This document shows positions 36,552-45,796 of a stretch of 64,000 nucleotides of DNA, one piece after another. Each line of letters starts with the position of its first letter. Position 1 is the first letter of the stretch. The stretch comes from Candidatus Iainarchaeum sp. (GTDB taxonomy: Archaea; Iainarchaeota; Iainarchaeia; Iainarchaeales; Iainarchaeaceae). A program made the position numbers and the translations under genes. The stretch is from NCBI GenBank assembly GCA_043812975.1, contig JBDRLP010000027.1:85731-149730 (forward strand). The letters are read 5' to 3'. Under the pieces are notes generated by a model. That model made no database searches. It was given only the letters and a program-made list of their open reading frames with translations, and was not told the origin of the DNA.

Positions 36552-39500
36552 TTATCGACCTTTAAACAAATATTTTTTCAATTCCGGTGCAACTTCACTC
36601 ATCTTTCGTATTTTTTGTTTTGCCAATTTTAAAAGGAACTCTGTTCTTTTTTCAATTTCTTTTTCAATTTCTTTTTCAGAAATTCCTGTCATAGTTGCCA
36701 ATAATTGAAGGTATTTAACTTGTGTTTTTGTCTTTTTAAGGGAATCGGTTTTGGCATCTCTGCTGTAAATTAACTCGGTTTTGGCCTTTCCTTTAAGAAC
36801 ATCAACGACCTCAGAAATTTCAGTTATTCTTCTTATTGTTCCTGTTTTTTTATCATGTAATCTGTGTTGGACTACAATAAAGTTTAATCCTGAAAGCATT
36901 ACTTCCGGAACATTCATTGGAGGGCTTGTAACTCTTACTATTGTTTCTTGAGGGCTGTTTGCGTGCACTGTTCCGAGCGAGTTTCCCACTATCATGCCTT
37001 CTGCCACAAAGTTGTGCGGTTTTCTCCCACTCATCTTTTTTTCATTAATTGTTAGGTCGTACACAAAACCATTGTAATGATATGAGTGTATTGCGACTAT
37101 TTTATCCCAGAATATGTCGCTTTTGCCAAGCATTCTGAGTTTTGGCGTGTCAATTCCAGTTTCTTCGAATGCCTCAGCCAGTTTTAGTGTAACTTCTCTG
37201 CTTGGCGTTCTTTCTTTTCTCTTGTAAAAGCTAATCAAACCCTGTGTTACTCCTGCCCTTCTTGCTATCTCTGAATTGCTGTAACCTTTTTGTTTTGCCT
37301 TTTCAAGAAGATTTATTATAATGTCATTGCAATTTATGAGATCAACATTTGTGTTTGCCTTTTTGTTTTGCCTTAGTAATTCCTCTGTTTTTGCGATTTT
37401 TTGTTCGTACTTTATAGGGTATGTTTCATAGAATTTTTTTACCTGACTGATTCCGTAAATGTATAATCTGAACCACCTGCTGTTGTGTGATTTTGACTCG
37501 TATTTCCTTGAAATAATTCCTTCAGTTAATAATGCGTATTTGAAAAAATCAATGTAGTATTCGTTTCCGCATGTGAACACTATAGCATTATTTTCCGCAT
37601 CTATATGCCCTTCTGCGTCGAAAAATCCTGCTACAAAAGATTTTAGGTCTGAAGTATAGTGTGAATTTGACATTTTTGTTTTTGCCCTATCTCCTGCGGG
37701 GATATCCAAGAGTTTTTGGATGGTTCTGGATTTTTCAATCCCGCTCACATGAGCCTCGTAACAATCCTTTTCTGGGCGGGGATAAACAATTCCAACATGT
37801 GTGTCATTGAGTTTTTCTTTCATGAAACGTGTGAATTTTGGTATTATTTGTTCTTCTTCCGCGAAAAGGCTTATCCTTCCTTCATTACAGAGATATTCCT
37901 TTCCATTTTTTTTCCTTATTCTTTGATAATCAAGAATATTTCCGTCTCCGTGAAGAAGTCCTGACCAGTACTCGATTTCTTTTTCCGATACATTTTCATC
38001 TCTAATTAGTGTTCGTGGTGTTGCTATGCTAATCCCTTCCACAAGTTTTTCAGCATTAACCTGGATTATGTCATTGTCCAAAGTGTAGAATGGATGGTTT
38101 CCAGTGGCTGTTATTTCTGCCCCCGAAGCGAGTTTTATGTGGTAAACTTTTCCCTGGTATGGTTTTCTTCTTGCTTCAACGATTTCTGATTTGAAAATTT
38201 TTCCATCGGAATCCATTGAATTGATGTACTCGTTTTTGACTTCGCACACTTCCCAATCTTTTTCTCTTCGGATTTTGTTTTTGCTTAATTGTTCTTCAAC
38301 AAACTCATCCATAGACCTCAAACCAGAAGTCAAAGCAATTTTTGTGTTTCCTGTTAAACACCCATCATGTCCTGTATTGAATGCAGTGAATAATGAAAAT
38401 GCTTCATCGTGTCTGATTTCTCCTACAATAATCCTGTCAGGACGCATTCTCAAAGAGTTTTTGGTTAAAATATCAAGTGTTAATTCTCCTGTGCCTTCCA
38501 GTCCCGGAGGTCGTGCTTCCATTCTGATCCAGTGTTTTAAAGGAATGTTCAATTCAGCTGTATCTTCTATCGAAATTATTCTTTCGGTTTCCGGAATAAA
38601 GCTTGCCAAAACGTTTAGTGTTGTTGTTTTTCCAGAACCAGTGCCACCAGCTATCAAAATATTTGCAGGTCTTGTATTAAGTCCCTCAACACATACCCAC
38701 AAAAATGCTGCAGCTTCTGCATTTAGTGTTCCGTAAATAATCAAATCTATTATCGAGTAAGGATCATCTCTGAATTTTCTGATTGTTAATGTTGAGCCCT
38801 GAACTGATGAAGGAGGTATTGTTGCATTAACACGACTTCCGTCAGGAAGTCTTGCATCCAATAACGGGCTGCTTATGTCAACTCTTCTGCCTATTTGTCT
38901 TGCAATTCTGTTAATTAAATCCTGAATCTCGTTATCAGAATAAAATTCAATGTTTGTAAGCATCATTTCATGCTCTCTGTGAAAAACATAAACCGGAAGT
39001 TTTGGCCCTATAACCATTATTTCCTCCAGTTTATCATCCTTGATAAGGTCATCTATCAACCCATAACCAACCATTTCTCTGACAACAGCATCAGCATAAA
39101 ATTCATACCTTGTTTTTGGGATATTTAATTCAGGAGAATCCCTTAGTATTTCCAAAATTTTTTCATAGTAAACATTTCTTCTTTGTTCCTGGTTTCTAAT
39201 CCTGTAAGGAGTTATGCTGACTATTCTTGTGGCTGCTTCTTTAATTGTTTTAATAATTGTTTTTTCGCTTCCAACAGGTCTTGGCACAGGCGTCCAGTAA
39301 TACAGAAGCGGTTCTCCTGGTATTTCATAAATTTTTGTGTTACCGTATTCTTCCAGTAATTTTTTGTTTGATTTTTGCAGTTGTTTTTCTGTTTGTGATT
39401 TTTGTTCTTCCGGAACAGCATCCACGCTGTCAGGAAGAACTTTTTCCTGCGGAGGAAGTGCTTTTTTTATTTCCTCAATTTTTTTCTTTGCCTCTTCTGC

Positions 39501-39878
39501 TTTTTTTGCAGCTTCATCATTTTCTTTTGCAAGTATCTGGGCTTGGGTGTGTTCAGCAGGGATTTCTATATTGTTAATACTAAACGGTTTTGATACTGGT
39601 TCCTTTTTTTCTGCGACAGCATCAAGTTTTAAGTTTAGTTCATGTTCGGGTTTTTCTTCTGAAATAGGTTCTTCTATTGTCTCTTCTGCTTTTTTCACTT
39701 CATCCATCAGTTTTTTGGTTGTATCAGAAACAGGTTTTGCAGCTGGAGAAGGTTGTTGAACTGGTTTTGGTTCAGGTATTGGTTGTTCCACTGGTTTTTT
39801 CTGCGGTTCAGCATCTTCTCCTTTTTTGCCTTTTTTTGATTTTATTTTGTGAAATAAATCATCCATATAGTCTGCCAT
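36552..39878 (-). CDS. pilus assembly ATPase (KlbA/CpaF-like), intein-containing, long Pro/Glu/Lys-rich N-terminus
   Basis: GGTGSGKTT, IEDTAEL, RMRPDRIIVGE, TGHDG|...|SLGTVHAN; start MADYMDD at 39878. Confidence 0.92.
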   Translation of the reverse strand: MADYMDDLFHKIKSKKGKKGEDAEPQKKPVEQPIPEPKPVQQPSPAAKPVSDTTKKLMDEVKKAEETIEEPISEEKPEHELNLKLDAVAEKKEPVSKPFSINNIEIPAEHTQAQILAKENDEAAKKAEEAKKKIEEIKKALPPQEKVLPDSVDAVPEEQKSQTEKQLQKSNKKLLEEYGNTKIYEIPGEPLLYYWTPVPRPVGSEKTIIKTIKEAATRIVSITPYRIRNQEQRRNVYYEKILEILRDSPELNIPKTRYEFYADAVVREMVGYGLIDDLIKDDKLEEIMVIGPKLPVYVFHREHEMMLTNIEFYSDNEIQDLINRIARQIGRRVDISSPLLDARLPDGSRVNATIPPSSVQGSTLTIRKFRDDPYSIIDLIIYGTLNAEAAAFLWVCVEGLNTRPANILIAGGTGSGKTTTLNVLASFIPETERIISIEDTAELNIPLKHWIRMEARPPGLEGTGELTLDILTKNSLRMRPDRIIVGEIRHDEAFSLFTAFNTGHDGCLTGNTKIALTSGLRSMDEFVEEQLSKNKIRREKDWEVCEVKNEYINSMDSDGKIFKSEIVEARRKPYQGKVYHIKLASGAEITATGNHPFYTLDNDIIQVNAEKLVEGISIATPRTLIRDENVSEKEIEYWSGLLHGDGNILDYQRIRKKNGKEYLCNEGRISLFAEEEQIIPKFTRFMKEKLNDTHVGIVYPRPEKDCYEAHVSGIEKSRTIQKLLDIPAGDRAKTKMSNSHYTSDLKSFVAGFFDAEGHIDAENNAIVFTCGNEYYIDFFKYALLTEGIISRKYESKSHNSRWFRLYIYGISQVKKFYETYPIKYEQKIAKTEELLRQNKKANTNVDLINCNDIIINLLEKAKQKGYSNSEIARRAGVTQGLISFYKRKERTPSREVTLKLAEAFEETGIDTPKLRMLGKSDIFWDKIVAIHSYHYNGFVYDLTINEKKMSGRKPHNFVAEGMIVGNSLGTVHANSPQETIVRVTSPPMNVPEVMLSGLNFIVVQHRLHDKKTGTIRRITEISEVVDVLKGKAKTELIYSRDAKTDSLKKTKTQVKYLQLLATMTGISEKEIEKEIEKRTEFLLKLAKQKIRKMSEVAPELKKYLFKGR
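36981..38360 (-). mobile_element. intein (460 aa) with LAGLIDADG endonuclease and HTH
   Basis: DG|CLTGNT...IVGN|S; TGNHPF block B; WSGLLHGDG and FVAGFFDAEG; VYDLTI. Confidence 0.92.
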
Positions 39879-39915
39879 AGAAGTCGGAATAATTGAGGGT
39901 TTTGTATAATATAAA

Positions 39916-40020
39916 CCTTTTTCTTTCTTTTCAAAGAAAGAAACCGGACAGAAAAAAATTTTTGTACGACCTAGCAAAACTGGAAGTTTTGCACGGAAGC
40001 TTCACCAAAAAGAAAGAAAA
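39916..40020. repeat. AT-rich palindromic intergenic repeat, copy C with internal insertion
   Basis: TTTCTTTCTTT-TC-AAAGAAAGAAA hairpin, inner GCAAAAC/GTTTTGC hairpin, then AAGCTTCACCAAAAAGAAAGAAAA. Confidence 0.55.
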
Positions 40021-40032
40021 TAAGACAAAAAA

Positions 40033-41763
40033 TTATTTTTTGTCGGAAATTTCCATTTCCATTTTTTCTATAAATTTATCTAATTTAACTCCAAACTCAA
40101 CTTTTCCCTGTCTATTTCTAACAGCTATTGTTTTCGCTTTCTCTTCTTTTCCCCCTACATTGATTATGTAAGGAACTTTCTCAAGCTGAGCTTCTCTTAT
40201 TCTATAGGACACTGTTTCGGTTCTTGCATCTAACTCACTTCTTATTCCTTTTTCCATAAAAGTAGCGTGTACTTTTTCAGCATAATCATTAAACTTCTCA
40301 CTCACAGAAACAATTTTCACTTGTAACGGAGCCAGCCATAAAGGAAATACTCCGGCATAATGCTCTATGAGAATTCCAATGAATCTTTCCATTGAACCGA
40401 ATACAACTCTGTGCAACATTACTGGCATTTTTTCCTTATCATTTTTGTCAATGTAACTTATCCCGAATTTTTCAGGCATCTGGAAGTCCAATTGTATTGT
40501 CCCTAATTGCCAGCTTCTCCCTAAAGAATCTTTAATATGAAAATCTATTTTTGGCCCGTAAAAAGCTCCGTCTCCTTCATTGATTTTGAATTTCTTTTTT
40601 GTTGATTCAAGAACTTTTTTTAGGGAAGCCTCTGCTTTGTCCCACATTTCCTTTGACCCCATTGCTTTTTCTGGTCTGGTGCTCAGCTCAATATCATATT
40701 CAAATCCAAAGATTTTTTTATAATAATATTCAAAGAGTTCTATTACTCCTTTTACTTCGCTTTCAATTTGTTCAGGTGCACAAAAAATATGCGCATCATC
40801 CTGCGTGAATTTTCTTACTCTTAAAAGCCCATTCAGTACTCCTGAAAGTTCATGCCTGTGCACAATACCAAATTCCGCCATTCTTATCGGCAGATCTCTG
40901 TATGAATGTCTTTTGTTTGCGTAAATTAAAATATGCCCTGGGCAGTTCATTGGCTTAACTGCATATTCTTCGTCATCAATTTTTGTGAAGTACATGTTGT
41001 CCTTGTAATGATCCCAGTGACCCGATTTAATCCAGAGTTCCTTTTTCATAATAAGTGGAGCTATTACTTCCTCGTAACCTCTTTTCCTGTGTTCTTTCCT
41101 GGAAAAGTCAATAAGTTCATTCCATATTATTGCTCCTTTGTTGTGGAAAAAAACATTTCCGGGTGCTTCTCTTTGCATTGAAAATAAATCTAATTCTTTT
41201 CCGAGTTTTAAGTGGTTTCTTTTTTCAGCTTCCTCTTTTTGTTTCAAGTACTCTTCCAATAATTCTTTTTTCGGAAAAGCAATTCCATAAATTCTTTGTA
41301 AAGTTTCTTTTTTTGAATCTCCTCTCCAGTAAGAAGCTGATGTTTTCAATAGTTTCACTGCTTTTACTCTTGAAGAGTAATCCACATGCGGGCCTTTGCA
41401 CAAATCAACAAAGTTTCCGTTCCTGTAAATAGAAATCTTTTCTCCTTTTGGCAATTCATTAATTAATTCTGTTTTGTATTTGTTGTCTTTGAACATTTTC
41501 AGAGCTTTCTCACGCGTAAGTTCTTCCTTTTCAAACTTATCATTTTTCTTCACGAGCTCTTTCATTTTCTTTTCAATTTTTTCAAAGTCTTCCGGAGTAA
41601 AAGGTTTTTTCACGTCAAAATCATAGTAGAATCCTTCGTCAATCGCTGGTCCAATGGTTAGCTTTGCTTTCGGGTAAATCTCCAGAACAGCTCCCGCCAT
41701 CAAATGTGAAGCAGAATGCCACAGTTTTTCCCTATCCTCTTTATTGTTCCAGTCTATTGCCAT
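40033..41763 (-). CDS. thrS: threonyl-tRNA synthetase, bacterial type
   Basis: HSASHL and DLCKGPH editing domain, KPMNCPGH, FTQDDAH, FYGPKID. Confidence 0.95.
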   Translation of the reverse strand: MAIDWNNKEDREKLWHSASHLMAGAVLEIYPKAKLTIGPAIDEGFYYDFDVKKPFTPEDFEKIEKKMKELVKKNDKFEKEELTREKALKMFKDNKYKTELINELPKGEKISIYRNGNFVDLCKGPHVDYSSRVKAVKLLKTSASYWRGDSKKETLQRIYGIAFPKKELLEEYLKQKEEAEKRNHLKLGKELDLFSMQREAPGNVFFHNKGAIIWNELIDFSRKEHRKRGYEEVIAPLIMKKELWIKSGHWDHYKDNMYFTKIDDEEYAVKPMNCPGHILIYANKRHSYRDLPIRMAEFGIVHRHELSGVLNGLLRVRKFTQDDAHIFCAPEQIESEVKGVIELFEYYYKKIFGFEYDIELSTRPEKAMGSKEMWDKAEASLKKVLESTKKKFKINEGDGAFYGPKIDFHIKDSLGRSWQLGTIQLDFQMPEKFGISYIDKNDKEKMPVMLHRVVFGSMERFIGILIEHYAGVFPLWLAPLQVKIVSVSEKFNDYAEKVHATFMEKGIRSELDARTETVSYRIREAQLEKVPYIINVGGKEEKAKTIAVRNRQGKVEFGVKLDKFIEKMEMEISDKK

Positions 41764-41812
41764 ATTATCACTAGAATTAGAATTGGGAAATTAATAAGAA
41801 TGTTGTTTAATG

Positions 41813-42157
41813 CTATGTGTTGAGCCCTGTAGTATCATATCCTTTGCTTTGGAGTGATCTTTTAATATCGTGTTTTTGCCAGGTAGCCAGTCGATGAAAA
41901 GCAGAATAACTGTATCCTGTTACTTCTTTAATTTCTTGTGCTAATCTTGCATCTGTTACTTCTTTTAATTTTGGTTTTTTTGCCTTTTTTCCTTTGGAAA
42001 CTTTCCTAGCAGTAAAATCCATCGCCTTAATTCTTTTTATCGTGCTCGGCCTAGACCTTGAACTTCCCATTGTTGAAAGCCCCGAAGCCCTCATTGTTCT
42101 TTTTTCAGCGGGCTTTGTTGATTTTTGTCTTCTTCCTGTCCTGCTGTGTGCCGGCAT
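41813..42157 (-). CDS. highly basic orphan protein
   Basis: 114-aa ORF with upstream GGAGAGGGG; MPAHSRTGRRQK... Confidence 0.6.
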   Translation of the reverse strand: MPAHSRTGRRQKSTKPAEKRTMRASGLSTMGSSRSRPSTIKRIKAMDFTARKVSKGKKAKKPKLKEVTDARLAQEIKEVTGYSYSAFHRLATWQKHDIKRSLQSKGYDTTGLNT

Positions 42158-42214
42158 ATAAAAACAACCCCTCTCCTGATATATAAATTATTTGGTGCTT
42201 CTGGCACTTCTTTT

Positions 42215-42619
42215 TTAATTACTTGTATTTGCTTTTCTCCATGCGAGTGAAATCGATTCAAAAATCTTGGTTTTTGGGCTAATTTGTTTCCACCCATAAG
42301 GCGTTCTTTTTTCCCATATCTGGAGGCCCCCTTCCTCCTGCAGGACAGCGTATTCTTTTTGTCTATATCTCACGATTTTTGCTTTTCCGAGACTTTCTAA
42401 TAGTTTCTCGTTATCCCTCCTATCCCTCACCCTGAAAGTGTTTGTTCTCGCGTTGTCCACCCATGTTTCAGAGAAGTGCTGTGAATCGTTTTTCTGAAGC
42501 TCCAGCAACTGTTTTTTTGTCAGTCCTCCAATCTCCCCCCTTCTCAGTATCCCAATCTGCCTTCTCCTGTTACCAGATGGCGCCATAAAACTATAATTGC
42601 TTCCAACCTTATTATTCAT
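42215..42619 (-). CDS. basic orphan protein
   Basis: ORF; likely internal start MAPSGNRRRQ. Confidence 0.5.
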   Translation of the reverse strand: MNNKVGSNYSFMAPSGNRRRQIGILRRGEIGGLTKKQLLELQKNDSQHFSETWVDNARTNTFRVRDRRDNEKLLESLGKAKIVRYRQKEYAVLQEEGGLQIWEKRTPYGWKQISPKTKIFESISLAWRKANTSN

Positions 42620-43885
42620 ATGTCCGCTCCCCTGAATGCATTAACCCCGAGCCCTGAAATTTGCGTGAAATGCAAAGGAAGATTATGGTGCGGTTCGAAG
42701 TGCTTTATTCTTGAGCGATTGGAAAGAAAAAAAACAACTATCCAGAACATTAAGCAGAATGAAATTCAGGGTCAAAGCCCTCCGGGTGTTTTTGTTTCAT
42801 GGCATGGTTACCCGAAAGTTAATTTTTCTCCGATGGCTCCTGCAATCGAACCTGAAAATAATGATGCGTGGATTACTGATGATACTGATTTATGGTTTGG
42901 CAAACCAGCAGAGGAAATAATCAATTTCAGGGAATCATTGGTCAGGGGAAACATGAAAATAGAAGTAAATCAGGCTAAAGATCCTGATTATAGTTTAACA
43001 GAAATCCATGAAACCCTGATGGCGAAAAAACCTGTTGATGTTGAAATGAAATTAAAAGGAGCTCCGAGAATGAGAGGAGTGTCTTTTTCAGATTTTCATG
43101 CTCCAATGGGGCCTCAAGCGGAGTTAAAAAAATTTTCAATGACTGAAAACCCCAGTATAAATCCAAAAATCGATTATCTTTATTCTGATACTGATGCAAA
43201 AAGTTTAGATGCAATGATTGAGCTTTACAAATCAGATGTCGGGGTTAACCAATTGCACAAGATTCTTAGTGCTGGAATGCTTGGGGTGAAAAAGAAGAGA
43301 AAATTTGTTCCGACAAGATTCGCGATAACGGCAATTGATTCCAATTTATCTGAATATTTCATAGATGAAAAAATTAAATACTTTCAGCAGATACCGGAAG
43401 TTGAACTTTATAATTCAAAGTATCTCGAAAACTATTTTTTCATTATATTGATTCCAAAAGAGTGGAGCTACGAGTTGATGGAAGTATGGAAGCCAGGCGC
43501 TTCATGGAACATTGATGCGAAAGAACCAACTTTTATGACTGATTATGAATTTTATAATGGGCGAAAAAATTATGCTGAAAATACTGCGGGAGGATATTAT
43601 GCGGTTAGGATTGCAATTGTTGAGCATTTAATGAAAAGAAAAAGACAAGCTACTGCATTGGTGTTCAGGGAAATTGGCGATTCGGGAGCTCCAAGTTTGG
43701 GTGTTTGGAAATGTAGAAACACTGTGAGAGATGCAATGTCAAAGAAGCCATTAACTTTTTCAACGGTCAATTTAGCTCTTGATTACCTTGCTGCAAAACT
43801 CACCGTCCCAATAAAATACTACAAAAACAACAGCAAGATTCTTGATGCTTTAGCCCATCAAAGAACTTTGTTGGATTTCTCATAG
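42620..43885 (+). CDS. nreA: Nre-family DNA repair protein
   Basis: CVKCKGRLWCG, SPPGVFV..GYPKV, VPTRFAITAID, GGYYA, C-terminal PIP-like QRTLLDF. Confidence 0.92.
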   Translation: MSAPLNALTPSPEICVKCKGRLWCGSKCFILERLERKKTTIQNIKQNEIQGQSPPGVFVSWHGYPKVNFSPMAPAIEPENNDAWITDDTDLWFGKPAEEIINFRESLVRGNMKIEVNQAKDPDYSLTEIHETLMAKKPVDVEMKLKGAPRMRGVSFSDFHAPMGPQAELKKFSMTENPSINPKIDYLYSDTDAKSLDAMIELYKSDVGVNQLHKILSAGMLGVKKKRKFVPTRFAITAIDSNLSEYFIDEKIKYFQQIPEVELYNSKYLENYFFIILIPKEWSYELMEVWKPGASWNIDAKEPTFMTDYEFYNGRKNYAENTAGGYYAVRIAIVEHLMKRKRQATALVFREIGDSGAPSLGVWKCRNTVRDAMSKKPLTFSTVNLALDYLAAKLTVPIKYYKNNSKILDALAHQRTLLDFS

Positions 43886-45291
43886 TCTGGTCTCTCGGGA
43901 ACAACCCATTCGGAAATATTCGGATTGTAAGTATAAACATGTCGTACGGATCTGACAACATTAAATTTGTCTGGAAAAAGACCTTTTTTAATAGAAATAA
44001 TATTTGCCATTTTCAGTATGTCAATATAAAATTTTATAGAGTGTCCCCACTTCCCCCCATAACTTTTCAGATTCTTATCTTTAAGTAGTTGATCAATTAT
44101 TTTGTACCTGTATGTTTCTTTCTGTTTTTTGATTGTTTTCAAAACTTCTATCAACTGAATTTTAGTCCCTCCTTGTTTCGGATAAACTTTTTTGAAAGAA
44201 TCTATTGCTTCCTGAAAAGAATTTACTTTTCCAGTGTAACCTTTTATAGAATCATTCAATTTATGCCATTTTTCTGTATTCGGTTCAAACAATTTTTTCC
44301 AGTCTTCCGCCTCTTCGTTGCTTAGTGCGCCGCTCCAAAACCGCCAGTATTTACAGCTTGTTCTTGTCATTTTCACGTGTTTTATTTTATTTTCCAGAAA
44401 AACATCGGTTAAATCGTTTAAAAAATTTTTGCTTGAAACACAAAATTCAATTTGATGTTTCATTCCAACTCCTGCCTCAAATGAAAGAGCACCAATAGCA
44501 AAAGCTTTTCTAAATTGTTTTTTTGATTTCTTAATTATTTTAGGCATTCCTACTGTTTTACATTTATTTCCATTCGGAAATTCAAAAATTTTCTGTAAGT
44601 ATCTTGAAAATACTTTGTTATTGAAAGTAATTTCCCATTCATTTGGACTCTTCTCATTTACTGGATAATTAAATCCAAATTCTTCATGAATCCATTTTTT
44701 GAAGACTATTAAATTGCTTTTGTGTCCATCAGTAATACAAAAAAAATTATCTCTTGATGAACCATCTGCTGCATGTGCTCCTGCAATTTTGCACAAGTTT
44801 TTTGTGAGTGTTTTTGGTGCTTTTACTATTCTTAATGGTGGTTGGCTAGCTTTCAAAAAATCTATTTTTGAAATCACTTGGAACTTTTTATCATTATTTT
44901 CTGTCAAATCAAGCAAAGTTTGCATGAAAATTAGTGGAACCCATTCTTTTCTTTGGTAAACAATTCTCTCTGCAGTAATAACAGAAACATTCAGTTTCTT
45001 TGCAATTAATTCTGAAAATCTTGCTTTTGAAAGTTCTAATTTAGAACAAGCTTCATCGATTAGATTTTTTAATTCTTGTTTCAACTCTGCCCCATTAGCA
45101 CAAATCCATTTTTTTGGTTTATCATCAACCTTGGGATCGTGCAATTTGAACAAGTCAATCTTTGGTGTGTTTTCCATGCCGCGAGCCTCTTTTCCAGAAA
45201 CAGACTGATCTAATTCTCTGCTCGCAATAATATTATTTGCCTTTTTGTCTTTAATGCTTTCCAAGGGGCACATTGCCGATGCGGTTCTCAT
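43858..45291 (-). CDS. free-standing LAGLIDADG-family protein with probable HTH and wHTH regions
   Basis: IAGAHAADGS and AIGALSFEAG motifs; no intein junction motifs; start either ATG 45291 or ATG 45177. Confidence 0.72.
   Translation of the reverse strand: MRTASAMCPLESIKDKKANNIIASRELDQSVSGKEARGMENTPKIDLFKLHDPKVDDKPKKWICANGAELKQELKNLIDEACSKLELSKARFSELIAKKLNVSVITAERIVYQRKEWVPLIFMQTLLDLTENNDKKFQVISKIDFLKASQPPLRIVKAPKTLTKNLCKIAGAHAADGSSRDNFFCITDGHKSNLIVFKKWIHEEFGFNYPVNEKSPNEWEITFNNKVFSRYLQKIFEFPNGNKCKTVGMPKIIKKSKKQFRKAFAIGALSFEAGVGMKHQIEFCVSSKNFLNDLTDVFLENKIKHVKMTRTSCKYWRFWSGALSNEEAEDWKKLFEPNTEKWHKLNDSIKGYTGKVNSFQEAIDSFKKVYPKQGGTKIQLIEVLKTIKKQKETYRYKIIDQLLKDKNLKSYGGKWGHSIKFYIDILKMANIISIKKGLFPDKFNVVRSVRHVYTYNPNISEWVVPERPDYEKSNKVL
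45263..45284 (-). promoter_or_regulatory. motif copy (locus 4) CGCATCGGCAATGTGCCCCTT
   Basis: 19/21 identical to 7445-7465; ATTAAAG 19 bp downstream on the minus strand. Confidence 0.5.
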
Positions 45292-45440
45292 ATTAGCACC
45301 GCCATTAGAGTCATTCCTGAAAAGAATGTGATTGAATATTTCAGGTACTTTAGTATCTGGCTTTTTGAACCATGGAGATCTATAATCAACACTGAAGAAA
45401 TCCAGATGTATGCTATTTCTATGAATGGAAAGTGATTCAT
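45288..45440 (-). CDS. 50-aa hydrophobic micro-ORF
   Basis: SD GGAGGTGG; ATGA overlaps at both ends; MNHFPFIEIAYIW...MAVLI. Confidence 0.5.
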   Translation of the reverse strand: MNHFPFIEIAYIWISSVLIIDLHGSKSQILKYLKYSITFFSGMTLMAVLI

Positions 45441-45559
45441 TTAGAACCACCTCCGAATTCTGACAAGAGCCAGATTTCTCTATCTGTAAATTCTTGATCG
45501 GATTCTTTTAAATCCGCTAAACTTTGAATTTCACTTATTTTTGGAAATGGAATTTTCAT
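45437..45559 (-). CDS. 40-aa micro-ORF
   Basis: SD GGAGGTGA; MKIPFPKISEIQSLADL...FGGGSK. Confidence 0.5.
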   Translation of the reverse strand: MKIPFPKISEIQSLADLKESDQEFTDREIWLLSEFGGGSK

Positions 45560-45796
45560 CAACCAAATCACCTCCTGGAAAGACGAATTTTTTCCGTAGA
45601 CGTCTTGCGGGTTTTGGAGGCATTAAATCCTTGTCCCGCAGGGGTAAGGTTTAAGCCGAGAAAATCCGAGTCTTAGGGAAAAATTCTTTATAGGGGGTGA
45701 TTTATGAAAAATTTCTATTCAATTAGTTGGTATTTCTAAATCCCTTGTATCCAATAATTTTAATTTTGCAATTAATTCTTTTAAGACCGATTTCTC

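Noticed and set aside
39879..39977. N-terminal extension of the pilus ATPase in the ORF track
   Set aside because: Runs through repeat copy C and a TATA-like sequence; ATG 39878 is more plausible
45292..45450. GTG-started extension of the LAGLIDADG ORF; group I intron or intein context
   Set aside because: The GTG is part of an SD for an overlapping micro-ORF; no interrupted host gene or splicing motifs seen
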